Below, piece after piece: positions 55,261 to 63,759 of a stretch of DNA of 64,000 bases. The position numbers and the translations under genes were made by a program. Each line of letters begins with the position of its first letter. Within the stretch, counting starts at the first letter, position 1. Under the pieces are notes generated by a model. That model worked only from the letters and a program-made list of their open reading frames with translations, did no database searches and was not told the origin of the DNA. This DNA is from a bacterium (GTDB lineage Bacteria; Babelota; Babeliae; Babelales; UBA12409), in assembly GCA_018660415.1 (NCBI GenBank), contig JABJKG010000013.1, forward strand, positions 1,874 to 65,873. The letters run 5' to 3'.

Positions 55261-55839
55261 ATGAACATCAAAGAAAAAAAACTATCAGCACTTTACCAGC
55301 CCTTCAAGTCTATGGAAGACAATCCTTTTGTTATTCCAGGAAGCACGCAGATGGTCTTTGGTGAAGGCCCTGCAGATACCAAAATTATGATCATTGGCGA
55401 AGCACCAGGAAAAGAAGAAGACCTGCAGGGACGCCCATTTGTTGGTCGCTCAGGCAGACTTTTAACCAAGTCGCTAGAAAGTATCGGCCTCGCCCGGACC
55501 GACATTTATATAACCAATATCGTAAAAACACGCCCCCCCAACAACAGAACCCCCCTTCCTGCCGAAATAGAAACCGGCCGCAAACTCCTCCTAAAACAGA
55601 TAGAGATCATTCAACCCACCATCATTTGCACCCTAGGCGCCTGCGCACTTGTCGGGCTCGATGCCAGTTCTATATCAAAACCAATCCGTATTACCAAAAT
55701 ACGCGGCAAAATCTTCGAATATCAAAACCGTAAACTTTTGCCTACACTTCACCCCGCTTACATCCTACGAAACCCATCCGCAATCAAACTATTTCTTTCC
55801 GATCTTTTAGCAATAAAAGAACTGTCTGAAAAAAAATAA
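55261..55839 (+). CDS. Family-4-like uracil-DNA glycosylase lacking Fe-S ligand cysteines
   Basis: GEAPGKEEDLQGRPFVGRSG and HPAYILRNP motifs. The usual VKCRPP and downstream Cys are replaced (VKTRPPNNR..EIETG), and there is no N-terminal CxxC. Confidence 0.85.
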   Translation: MNIKEKKLSALYQPFKSMEDNPFVIPGSTQMVFGEGPADTKIMIIGEAPGKEEDLQGRPFVGRSGRLLTKSLESIGLARTDIYITNIVKTRPPNNRTPLPAEIETGRKLLLKQIEIIQPTIICTLGACALVGLDASSISKPIRITKIRGKIFEYQNRKLLPTLHPAYILRNPSAIKLFLSDLLAIKELSEKK

Positions 55840-55875
55840 CAACCCAGAAACGCGAATAATCCTATTGAGACATAG

Positions 55876-55930
55876 TGTGGATAACTTGTGGATAACTTGT
55901 GGATAACTTGTGGATAACTTGTGGATAACT
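55876..55930 (-). repeat. Five head-to-tail perfect DnaA boxes, exact 11-bp period
   Basis: TGTGGATAACT repeated at 55876, 55887, 55898, 55909 and 55920. This is the reverse complement of AGTTATCCACA. Confidence 0.95.
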
Positions 55931-56028
55931 TTTTTGGAAATGCCCAATAGCTGCTCTGGATCGAATAAAGTTATCCACATAGCTCCAATAGCCCCTCAGG
56001 GAGAGGTATATAAAGCTTTAACTTTGAG

Positions 56029-56070
56029 TTATCCACAAGTTATCCACAAGTTATCCACAGGTTATCCACA
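56029..56070 (+). repeat. Four head-to-tail perfect DnaA boxes, exact 11-bp period
   Basis: TTATCCACA at 56029, 56040, 56051 and 56062. The orientation is opposite to the left array. Confidence 0.95.
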
Positions 56071-56313
56071 TAAAAACTGAAGGGTGATATTGCGACTAGC
56101 AGCATGTATTGAAGGGGTTTTTACAAAGTTATCCACAATTTTCGGCTCACCTATTACTATTATATTATATATATATATATTAAGAGAATATTAAGGCGAG
56201 TGAAAAGCACGTAAAACTTCGCAAGCTTCCTTTTTTCCTTAAACATGGTAGAATTGTTCATAAATCCATACAAACCTGTTTATTTTAAGTAAAGCAATCC
56301 GTAAAGGGAAGCT

Positions 56314-57372
56314 GTGAATCTATCTGAAGTAATTAACGACCTCGTTGAAGAGCGTGGTCTTGCACGAGAAGTCCTCAACGAGATCGTTTGTGAGGGCATG
56401 CTTGGTGCGTATCAAAAAAAATATCCCGAAACAGCATTCAAGGTTTACTTTGATAAGAGTACTGGGGACATGGAAGTTCATGCTGAAAAAGAAATTGTTG
56501 CATCGGTAGAAAACGATGACGAACAAATCAGTTCGCGAAAAGCCAAGGCAATAGACTCCAAGCTTTCTGTAGGAGACACAGTTTGGGTTCCTTTTGATGG
56601 AAAGATTGGGCGAGTTGAGATCCTTAAGGCAAAACAAATTATTGCTCAAATGATCCGTGGTGTTGAAACCAAAGAAGTTTACGATGCTTTCAAGAACCAA
56701 GAAGGTACTGTTGTTGTGGGATCTGTGCACAAGTGCGAACGAAGCGGGACTCTGGTTACACTTCAAGACGTTTTGGCCTTTTTACCAAACTCCTTGTCTG
56801 TTCCTGGAGAGCGTTGTGTTCCTGGGTATCCTATCCGTGCGCTTCTAAAAGAAGTCCATGCTGAGCCCAAGGGCGACAACCAGTTGATTTTGGATCGAGC
56901 ATCAGTTGATTTCCTCAAAAAATTGTTTGAACTAGAGATTCCAGAAGTTTTTGAAAAGCTTGTAGAGATTCGTAGCGTTGCTCGTGCTCCGGGGTACAAG
57001 TCTAAGGTTGTAGTATATTCTAACGATCCAAACATTGATCCTGTGGGGACCTGTGTTGGTGTCGGAGGAGGTCGTATTAAGCCGATACTGAAAGAACTTG
57101 GTGGAGAAAAAATAGATATTATTTCATGGAACAACTCTCAAGATGCCCTAGTGCGAGACTCTCTTAAGCCTGCTGAGGTTAATCGCGTTGAGATTGATGG
57201 GGATGTTGCTAAGATTTGGCTCGATGAAGATCAGCGATCTTTGGCTATTGGAAAAATGGGTCAAAATATTCGCTTGGCTTCCCAGCTGACCGGTTTAACT
57301 ATTGAGTTGGTGGACAGCGCTTCAAGTAAAGATGGTGTTCCAGATATTGACCTTGCTGATTTAGAAGATTAA
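56314..57372 (+). CDS. nusA: Transcription termination/antitermination factor NusA
   Basis: N-terminal domain, S1 domain and two KH domains (GVGGGRIKPI, GKMGQNIRLASQLTG). GTG start after AGGGAAG. Confidence 0.9.
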   Translation: MNLSEVINDLVEERGLAREVLNEIVCEGMLGAYQKKYPETAFKVYFDKSTGDMEVHAEKEIVASVENDDEQISSRKAKAIDSKLSVGDTVWVPFDGKIGRVEILKAKQIIAQMIRGVETKEVYDAFKNQEGTVVVGSVHKCERSGTLVTLQDVLAFLPNSLSVPGERCVPGYPIRALLKEVHAEPKGDNQLILDRASVDFLKKLFELEIPEVFEKLVEIRSVARAPGYKSKVVVYSNDPNIDPVGTCVGVGGGRIKPILKELGGEKIDIISWNNSQDALVRDSLKPAEVNRVEIDGDVAKIWLDEDQRSLAIGKMGQNIRLASQLTGLTIELVDSASSKDGVPDIDLADLED

Positions 57373-57400
57373 GAAATTTAATTGTTAGGAAAACTTATAG

Positions 57401-59314
57401 ATGCGCGTATATGAATTTGCGAAAGAACATGGTATTTCAAGTAAAGATGCATTGGGAATGTTGCGAGCGGCCGGCTTCAATGTTGCCAATCATATGGCGC
57501 AGCTTTCCGACCAAGAGCTTCGAGCTCTTGATGATTCATTAAGAAACTCTAAAAGTTTCAATAAAGGCTCTCGGCGTAACAAGGTTGCTGAGGCCAAGCC
57601 CGAAAATCTTGTTGTTGAGGGGGGCATGTCACTAGGTGATTTTGCTGAAAAAATTAAACAACCTATCAATGAGCTTATTATTTTTCTTTTGCATGAAGGT
57701 GTTGCGTGCAACATCAACCAAACTCTTACCGAAGAGTTAATGGGTAAAATTGCTGATCACTATGAAATAAAAATAGAATTTGTTGGCGAGTCCTCAAAAA
57801 AAGAAGATACTCTTGTTGAAAAGGCTCCAGAAAAAGATAAAACAGTTCGTCCACCAGTGGTTGTTGTTATTGGTCACGTTGATCATGGTAAAACAACACT
57901 TCTTGACCACATTCGCAAGACTCGTGTTGCAGAGGGCGAAAAAGGTGGCATTACGCAACACTTGGGTGCGTACGAAGTTGATACATCGCATGGGAAAATA
58001 GTTTTTCTTGATACTCCTGGTCACGAAGCATTTGATAAAATGCGTAAGCGTGGCATTAAGGTTGCCGACGTTGCAATTTTAATTGTGGCTGCCGATGATG
58101 GCGTTATGCCTCAAACGGTAGAAGCTATAGAGCACGCTCGTTCTATGGGTATACCAATGCTTGTTGCTATTAACAAGGTAGATAAGGCTGACAATGCTCG
58201 TATCGAGTCTACGTTGTCTGGCCTGTCTCAGCATGGTGTCCTTGTGGAGTCCTGGGGTGGAGATGTTGTTTCTGTTCCTATTTCTGCTAAAGAGGGAACC
58301 GGTATTGATGACCTTCTAGAGGTTGTTGCCTTGCAGGCTGAAGTCTTAGAGTTGAAGGCGCGTACTTCAGGGGCTGGTATTGGATATGTACTAGAATCAA
58401 AATTAGAAAGAGGTCGTGGTCCTGTTGGGACAGTGTTGTTGCAGCATGGTCTGGCGGCTATAGGTGATTATTTTGTCGCTGGTAAGACCTATGGTCGTAT
58501 TAGCTCAATCTTAAATACTCACAACAAAAGAATAAAATCGTTTGGTGTGGCAACACCTGTTGGCGTTTCCGGCTTTGATGCTTTAGCTGATGCTGGGGAT
58601 GTTTTTAAGGTTGTTCCTTTTGCTGAATATAAAAAAGCTAAGTCCGACAAGAGAGTTCTTAGTGATGTAAACTATTCTCAACTTAATACATTCTCTACGG
58701 GAGAAAAGGTTCACAAGGTTATTCTTAAGGTTGATACCAATTCTTCTCGAGAAGCGTTAATGCAGGCTATTCAAAAGCTTTCTTCTGAGGTAGATGAAAA
58801 CATTGTTATTGTGAGCGCAACAGTGGGTAATATTTCTGAGGGTGATGTGTCTTTAGCTTCTACGCTTGGAGCGACCATCTTTGGTTTTGGTGTAAAAACC
58901 GATATTGGTGCGGTAGCTATTGCTCGGCGATTAAAAGTTTCAATAAAAAGCTTTTATATTATTTACCACCTTGTAGACGCCTTGAAGTTAGAGATTGAGC
59001 AAGCGCGAGAGCCAGAAATTGTGGAAGAAAAAACTGGTGAGGCTGTTGTTCTCAAGGTCTTTAATGTTAAAAGGTTGGGCGTGATTGCTGGTTGTCAGGT
59101 TAAATCTGGAAAAATTGTTCTTGGCGGCAAGGTTGTGGTTTATCGTAACCATGATAAGGTCGGAGAAGGTGTTATAAAAACACTTCAAAAAGAAAAGCGT
59201 TCTCAAAAAGAAGTCGCTGCAGGGTTTGAATGTGCGTTTATAGTTGACGGATTTAGTGAGTGGCAAGAAGGTGATTTTGTTGAAAATTACATTCAAAAAA
59301 AGGTTGAGAAGTAG
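57401..59314 (+). CDS. infB: Translation initiation factor IF-2
   Basis: G-domain motifs GHVDHGKTT, DTPGHEAF and NKVDK. 637 aa. Confidence 0.95.
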   Translation: MRVYEFAKEHGISSKDALGMLRAAGFNVANHMAQLSDQELRALDDSLRNSKSFNKGSRRNKVAEAKPENLVVEGGMSLGDFAEKIKQPINELIIFLLHEGVACNINQTLTEELMGKIADHYEIKIEFVGESSKKEDTLVEKAPEKDKTVRPPVVVVIGHVDHGKTTLLDHIRKTRVAEGEKGGITQHLGAYEVDTSHGKIVFLDTPGHEAFDKMRKRGIKVADVAILIVAADDGVMPQTVEAIEHARSMGIPMLVAINKVDKADNARIESTLSGLSQHGVLVESWGGDVVSVPISAKEGTGIDDLLEVVALQAEVLELKARTSGAGIGYVLESKLERGRGPVGTVLLQHGLAAIGDYFVAGKTYGRISSILNTHNKRIKSFGVATPVGVSGFDALADAGDVFKVVPFAEYKKAKSDKRVLSDVNYSQLNTFSTGEKVHKVILKVDTNSSREALMQAIQKLSSEVDENIVIVSATVGNISEGDVSLASTLGATIFGFGVKTDIGAVAIARRLKVSIKSFYIIYHLVDALKLEIEQAREPEIVEEKTGEAVVLKVFNVKRLGVIAGCQVKSGKIVLGGKVVVYRNHDKVGEGVIKTLQKEKRSQKEVAAGFECAFIVDGFSEWQEGDFVENYIQKKVEK

Positions 59315-59406
59315 AAAATTTTGTGTAAAGCTTTCTAATATGAAGAGTTGGAAGTTGCCGCAAAAACCCCTTTTATTCTGTTACAAGTTCTCGGGAGTAA
59401 GTGACG

Positions 59407-60411
59407 ATGTATGAGATGGAGTTTTTTTATGTTAAGTTGATAAGCGCTTTTTGTGTTGCGTTTATGATAACTTTTTATTTAGTGCCCGTCTTTCGAAACC
59501 TTGCAATCAAGTTTGGTATAATTGATAAGCCCGATGGTAAGCTTAAGGATCATCAAGAACCAGTTGCTTACTTGGGTGGTGTTGCTGTTTTTACTGGATT
59601 TGTAGTCAGTTTGGCCATTCTTTTTCCAGACAGTAAAGAAATTTTCATCTTGTTTCCAGTTACTCTCTTACTTCTTTTGGGTCTAATAGATGATCTTATT
59701 CCACTCAACCCCCTGGTTAAATTTTGTGGCCAAATATTAGCGGCTGTATGTTTTATTAAGTTTGGCTTTGTTTTGTCTTTGGAATATTTTCATTACTATG
59801 TAAATGTTGCACTTTCGTTGCTGTGGTTTTTAACAGTGGTTAATGCAATTAACCTGGTAGACGTTATGGATGGATTAGCAACCTCTCTGAGTATTGCTAC
59901 GCTAGCCTCTTTTCTTGTCTTTTCTATTATATTGTACCAACACGCTTTAGCGCTTTTTTTGGTAATACTTATCGGTTGTTTGATTGCTTTTCTTTATTAC
60001 AATAGGGACCCGGCATCGATCTACTTAGGCGACTCCGGATCTTTATTCTTAGGTGGATGTGTTGCGGCTTGTCCGTTTTTAATAGACTGGACAATCGTGT
60101 CTCCTTTGGGCATTCTAGCTCCTATCTTTATTTTAGGCGTGCCTCTGCTTGAAATAACTCAACTGGTTGTTATTCGAACGATCAAAGGCATTCCTTTTTA
60201 CCGAGGAAGCAAAGATCATTTTTCTATTTACCTTCTCCAGAACGGTTGGTCCAAAATAGTTATCATTGATTACATCTATGTAATGTCGATACTTCTGTTT
60301 TTCATCTCATACTGGTTAGTATTTGAGGCTGTGTCTCTATCTAGGATTGTCATCCTGTTTATTCTTTTCCTTGTTATATGGTTCTTTTTCCTTATTCGCA
60401 AAATTACCTAA
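59407..60411 (+). CDS. Polyprenyl-phosphate N-acetylhexosamine-1-phosphate transferase (MraY/WecA family, GT4)
   Basis: About 10 helices. DDL, NLVDVMDGLA and GDSGSLFLG motifs. ATG at 59407 follows GGGAG; the track start is GTG at 59401. Confidence 0.8.
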   Translation: MYEMEFFYVKLISAFCVAFMITFYLVPVFRNLAIKFGIIDKPDGKLKDHQEPVAYLGGVAVFTGFVVSLAILFPDSKEIFILFPVTLLLLLGLIDDLIPLNPLVKFCGQILAAVCFIKFGFVLSLEYFHYYVNVALSLLWFLTVVNAINLVDVMDGLATSLSIATLASFLVFSIILYQHALALFLVILIGCLIAFLYYNRDPASIYLGDSGSLFLGGCVAACPFLIDWTIVSPLGILAPIFILGVPLLEITQLVVIRTIKGIPFYRGSKDHFSIYLLQNGWSKIVIIDYIYVMSILLFFISYWLVFEAVSLSRIVILFILFLVIWFFFLIRKIT

Positions 60412-60635
60412 TTTTGTTGCTTTTTGTATATATCGCAACAAAATGTAGCTAAGTGCGGCAAAACCCTTGTTTTAAAGCAATAAAAGGTTGTTGCTTTGTG
60501 GTGCAAATAAAAGAAATTGTTATTTGTTGTGTTGCAGGCGAAACTAGTCCTGTGATCTTAGACTATCATAAGGTAAAAATATCATCTGGCATGAAGGGCT
60601 GGTTGTTATTATGGTCTGAGCGCTGCTTACTTATT

Positions 60636-60680
60636 TAGAGCATGTTGTTTTTGGGTTTAAACAATGTGCTCTATTTTTTT
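60636..60680 (+). terminator. Plus-strand rho-independent terminator overlapping the nfo stop codon
   Basis: tagagcatgttg (60636-60647) pairs with caatgtgctcta (60662-60673), with two G-U pairs, followed by T7 (60674-60680). Confidence 0.45.
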
Positions 60681-61588
60681 ATGTATTTTTTCAATGGAGT
60701 TTTCAGAACAAGCTCTTTGTTGTTTTTTTCCACAAGATTAACAAGCAAACTTAAATTGATAGCATCTTCCTTAAGACTGTCCTTGGGAGTTTCTAATATT
60801 TTGGGAACATTGAAAAGTTGTGGGTCATTCATAATAAGCCTAAAACCCTCTATTCCAATCTGACCTTTGCCTATATGGGCATGACGGTCTTTTTTTGATC
60901 CAAGTCCCTGCGCTGAATCATTCAAATGAATCGCCTTAAGGTACCTGAGGCCAACGATTTTTTCAAACTCAGCCCATGTGTTGTTATAGGATTTTTCATT
61001 GCTTAGATCGTATCCTGCTGCATAGATGTGGCACGTGTCTAAGCAAACTCCAATTCGGGATTTGTCTTTGATTTGTTTAATAATGTCGCGAAGGTGTTCG
61101 AAGGTGTATCCTACGTTAGAACCTTGGCCGGCGGTTGTTTCTAGTAAAAGCGTTGAGGTTGTTTTGATGGTATCAAAAACAATATTGATACTTTCGGCGA
61201 TCTTGTTTATACACTCTTCTTCACTAGATTTAAGTGCTGATCCGGGATGAAAGACTAAAAAATCTACACCAAGGTCATCACATCGTCTTAATTCTTCTCT
61301 TAATGCGTCAATGGATTTTTCGAGAGTGATAGGGTTGGGAGATCCTATATTGATAAGATATGAGGCGTGCGCCATGATGGGACCAATGGGAGATTGCTTG
61401 TGTCGGACTTTAAATGCAGAAATGTTGCTTTGAGATAATGTTTTTCCTTTCCACTGGCGGGAGCTTTTTGTGAATATTTGGATAGTGGTACAACCGAGAG
61501 ATTCACCGTCTTCAATTGCTTCTGTAAGCCCCTTTGCAATAGGCATATGTGCTCCAAGAAGGAGGATCGGGTTAATGTTTTTCTTCAT
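60671..61588 (-). CDS. nfo: Endonuclease IV
   Basis: HASYLINIGSP, FHPGS, ETTAGQGSN, CLDTCHIYAAGYD and HLNDS motifs. ATG at 61588 has AGGAG upstream; the track start at 61651 is probably too long. Confidence 0.9.
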   Translation of the reverse strand: MKKNINPILLLGAHMPIAKGLTEAIEDGESLGCTTIQIFTKSSRQWKGKTLSQSNISAFKVRHKQSPIGPIMAHASYLINIGSPNPITLEKSIDALREELRRCDDLGVDFLVFHPGSALKSSEEECINKIAESINIVFDTIKTTSTLLLETTAGQGSNVGYTFEHLRDIIKQIKDKSRIGVCLDTCHIYAAGYDLSNEKSYNNTWAEFEKIVGLRYLKAIHLNDSAQGLGSKKDRHAHIGKGQIGIEGFRLIMNDPQLFNVPKILETPKDSLKEDAINLSLLVNLVEKNNKELVLKTPLKKYIKK

Positions 61589-61758
61589 GAGACTCCTAGA
61601 TTTATATTCTTTTTTAAGTATTATCTTGCCTTTTTTAGCGGTGAAGTACAATGTTTTTTGTTGACAAAATGCAGATATATTTTACCCTTAATAAGAAGAT
61701 ACAATCTATTGTATTAAGTCTTTTCTTTACATAATTTACAAAGGCAAGTGAGTTTCTG

Positions 61759-63735
61759 ATGACCCGTTCAATACGTTCCCTACTAATGTTATCGTTGTTA
61801 TGTGTTTCAACAGTTTTTTCCTCAAAGGAATACTGTGGTGAAGTTTGTGAGAAATGTGAGCAAAATATCACAATTCCTACTAACGCAAAAATTTGTAAAT
61901 TTTTGTCGTACACGGATCCCGCGACAGGATTTAAAATCTGTATTGATTTGCAACAAAAACCAGAACTGTACTATGCGCGAAGTGTTCAGCGGTTTAGTGA
62001 AAACCCTGATGATCAGTGGATCTATGTGCAAAGTATTTGGGATTTAACGTCTGCTATTAATTATCAGGATTCTTTGCAGTCCAAGCTTGGTATTCGTAAC
62101 AAGGCTCGTTGGGGGTCGCCGGCAATTATTAATACGACAGAAGAAACTATTAAGGCTGGTGATGCTGTTACTGGTAAACATCGTCACTATATTGGTCGTC
62201 AATTCATGTGGATTCGGGAAGCGTGGGTTCAGATTAGTTTAAATGAAGCCATTGGTTTGCCAACGTGCAACGAACACTACTTTAAAATTGGGGCCTTCTC
62301 TTTCAAGCTTGGTCGTGGAATTTCATTGGGTGACGCGTATGCGGTTTCGCCGGGTGTTGTTGGTTTCTATGTAGATGATGTTGTTGATCAGTATGCGTAT
62401 GGTCTTTCTGAGCACGGTGAAGTTATTCATTGTCGACTTTCTTATGATTTTTATTATGAAATGGCTCGTAATCGTTCTGGATCATTTAGCGAGGTTGCTG
62501 AAGCTGTTTATGCCCAAGATCCTTCTAGATATAGTTGCCCAAGTCGCGGTTTTGGTAGTATTACTCAGTTGGTAGCATTCAAGTTTGATTATCATCCATT
62601 TGATCCGGAGTCATCGTGTGGGTATTTAAACATGCAGCCATATGTTCTTGGTGCGTATGCTCCTGAACAAAGAGTAGAGGTTCAGCCAGATGCGTTTATG
62701 CAGATGGGTACCTGGGGTTGTGCTTTTGATTATACTCGTCGTAATTTTGTTTGGGGTGGTGAGCTTGCGTTTAACCGTGGAGCTCAAACAGTGCGTCCTT
62801 TAGATCGCAACCAGATTAAAGAGGTCCGCAACAGTGATGGGTTCTTAGTCAATCAGTATACTCAAGTTTATACTGATGCTGCTCTTACAACCAAGGCTCT
62901 TGTGTCTGATGCAAACAAGGTAATTGTTGATGCGGACAATGGAAGCCCGGTTAGTAATGGAACTGAAATTGGTTCTACTGGTTTATATAATGGTTTGAAG
63001 CGCTATCGTCCAAAATATAAAAACCATCTTGGTGGTTTTATGGCGATTACGGACTTTGGTTGGACTGTGTGTAATGAGAATATAAAACTAGTAGGTACGT
63101 TGGCATATGCGAGTGGTGATCAGGATCCTAATAAAAACCTTGTTGATCCATTAGATAGTCGTGAAGATAATACCTATAATGGTTTTGTCGGATTACAAGA
63201 AGTGTATGCTGGTAAGCAAGTACAATCTGTATTTGTTATTGGTTCTCACCGTATTTCTCGACCATTATCAACTCCTTCTGAGGGTGTTCCACAGATTGAG
63301 CGATTTGCCTCAACTACTTCAGGGTTTACCAACTTGATGATTGCTGGTTTTGGTGTGCACTGGATGCCACAGACCTGTACAACTCGTTTTAATATGCGTC
63401 CAAACTTGATTGCATATTGGAATGCGACTGCAAGTAATAAATTTGATATAACGACTGGACAAACCATTGACGAACCTGCGAGTAAGTTTTTGGGAGCAGA
63501 ATTTAACTTGTTCTTTGATTTCCGCTTATTAAAAGAAACAATCAAAGTGTTTGGTGTGGGTGCAGCATTCTTCCCTGGACAGCATTATAAAGATGTTCTT
63601 GGAAAACCCCAAAGCGCTGATGAAGCTGCTCGTTTGGCAAAAAATATAAAGAATGGCAACCCTGCTGATACGAACTTGTTATTGGGTGATAGTATGGCCC
63701 TAGCGTTCAATATTGGTTTTGAGTATGCCTTTTAG
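61759..63735 (+). CDS. Putative outer-membrane beta-barrel protein
   Basis: Signal peptide is present. Cys-rich segment CGEVCEKCEQ after the cleavage region. Alternating beta-strand-like composition. C-terminal FNIGFEYAF ends in an aromatic residue. Confidence 0.55.
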   Translation: MTRSIRSLLMLSLLCVSTVFSSKEYCGEVCEKCEQNITIPTNAKICKFLSYTDPATGFKICIDLQQKPELYYARSVQRFSENPDDQWIYVQSIWDLTSAINYQDSLQSKLGIRNKARWGSPAIINTTEETIKAGDAVTGKHRHYIGRQFMWIREAWVQISLNEAIGLPTCNEHYFKIGAFSFKLGRGISLGDAYAVSPGVVGFYVDDVVDQYAYGLSEHGEVIHCRLSYDFYYEMARNRSGSFSEVAEAVYAQDPSRYSCPSRGFGSITQLVAFKFDYHPFDPESSCGYLNMQPYVLGAYAPEQRVEVQPDAFMQMGTWGCAFDYTRRNFVWGGELAFNRGAQTVRPLDRNQIKEVRNSDGFLVNQYTQVYTDAALTTKALVSDANKVIVDADNGSPVSNGTEIGSTGLYNGLKRYRPKYKNHLGGFMAITDFGWTVCNENIKLVGTLAYASGDQDPNKNLVDPLDSREDNTYNGFVGLQEVYAGKQVQSVFVIGSHRISRPLSTPSEGVPQIERFASTTSGFTNLMIAGFGVHWMPQTCTTRFNMRPNLIAYWNATASNKFDITTGQTIDEPASKFLGAEFNLFFDFRLLKETIKVFGVGAAFFPGQHYKDVLGKPQSADEAARLAKNIKNGNPADTNLLLGDSMALAFNIGFEYAF

Positions 63736-63759
63736 TTTTAGATCAGGAGTAAAAAATAG

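Larger units (their letters stand above)
55876..56200. other. Candidate chromosomal replication origin (oriC): 11 perfect DnaA boxes plus an AT-rich unwinding element
   Basis: The two arrays above plus single perfect boxes at 55971-55979 and 56129-56137. The stretch 56151-56195 is almost pure A/T and includes a (TA)7 run at ~56166-56180. The whole 474-bp intergenic region has no ORF. Confidence 0.7.

Noticed and set aside
55876-56070. Tandem 11-bp repeats, considered as a CRISPR array, a minisatellite or transposon terminal inverted repeats
   Set aside because: The unit is only 11 bp with no spacers. It equals the DnaA-box consensus exactly. No transposase or cas genes are nearby. The origin or DnaA-binding interpretation explains it fully.
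56161-56181. (TA)n microsatellite
   Set aside because: It is best explained as part of the AT-rich unwinding element beside the DnaA boxes rather than as an independent feature.
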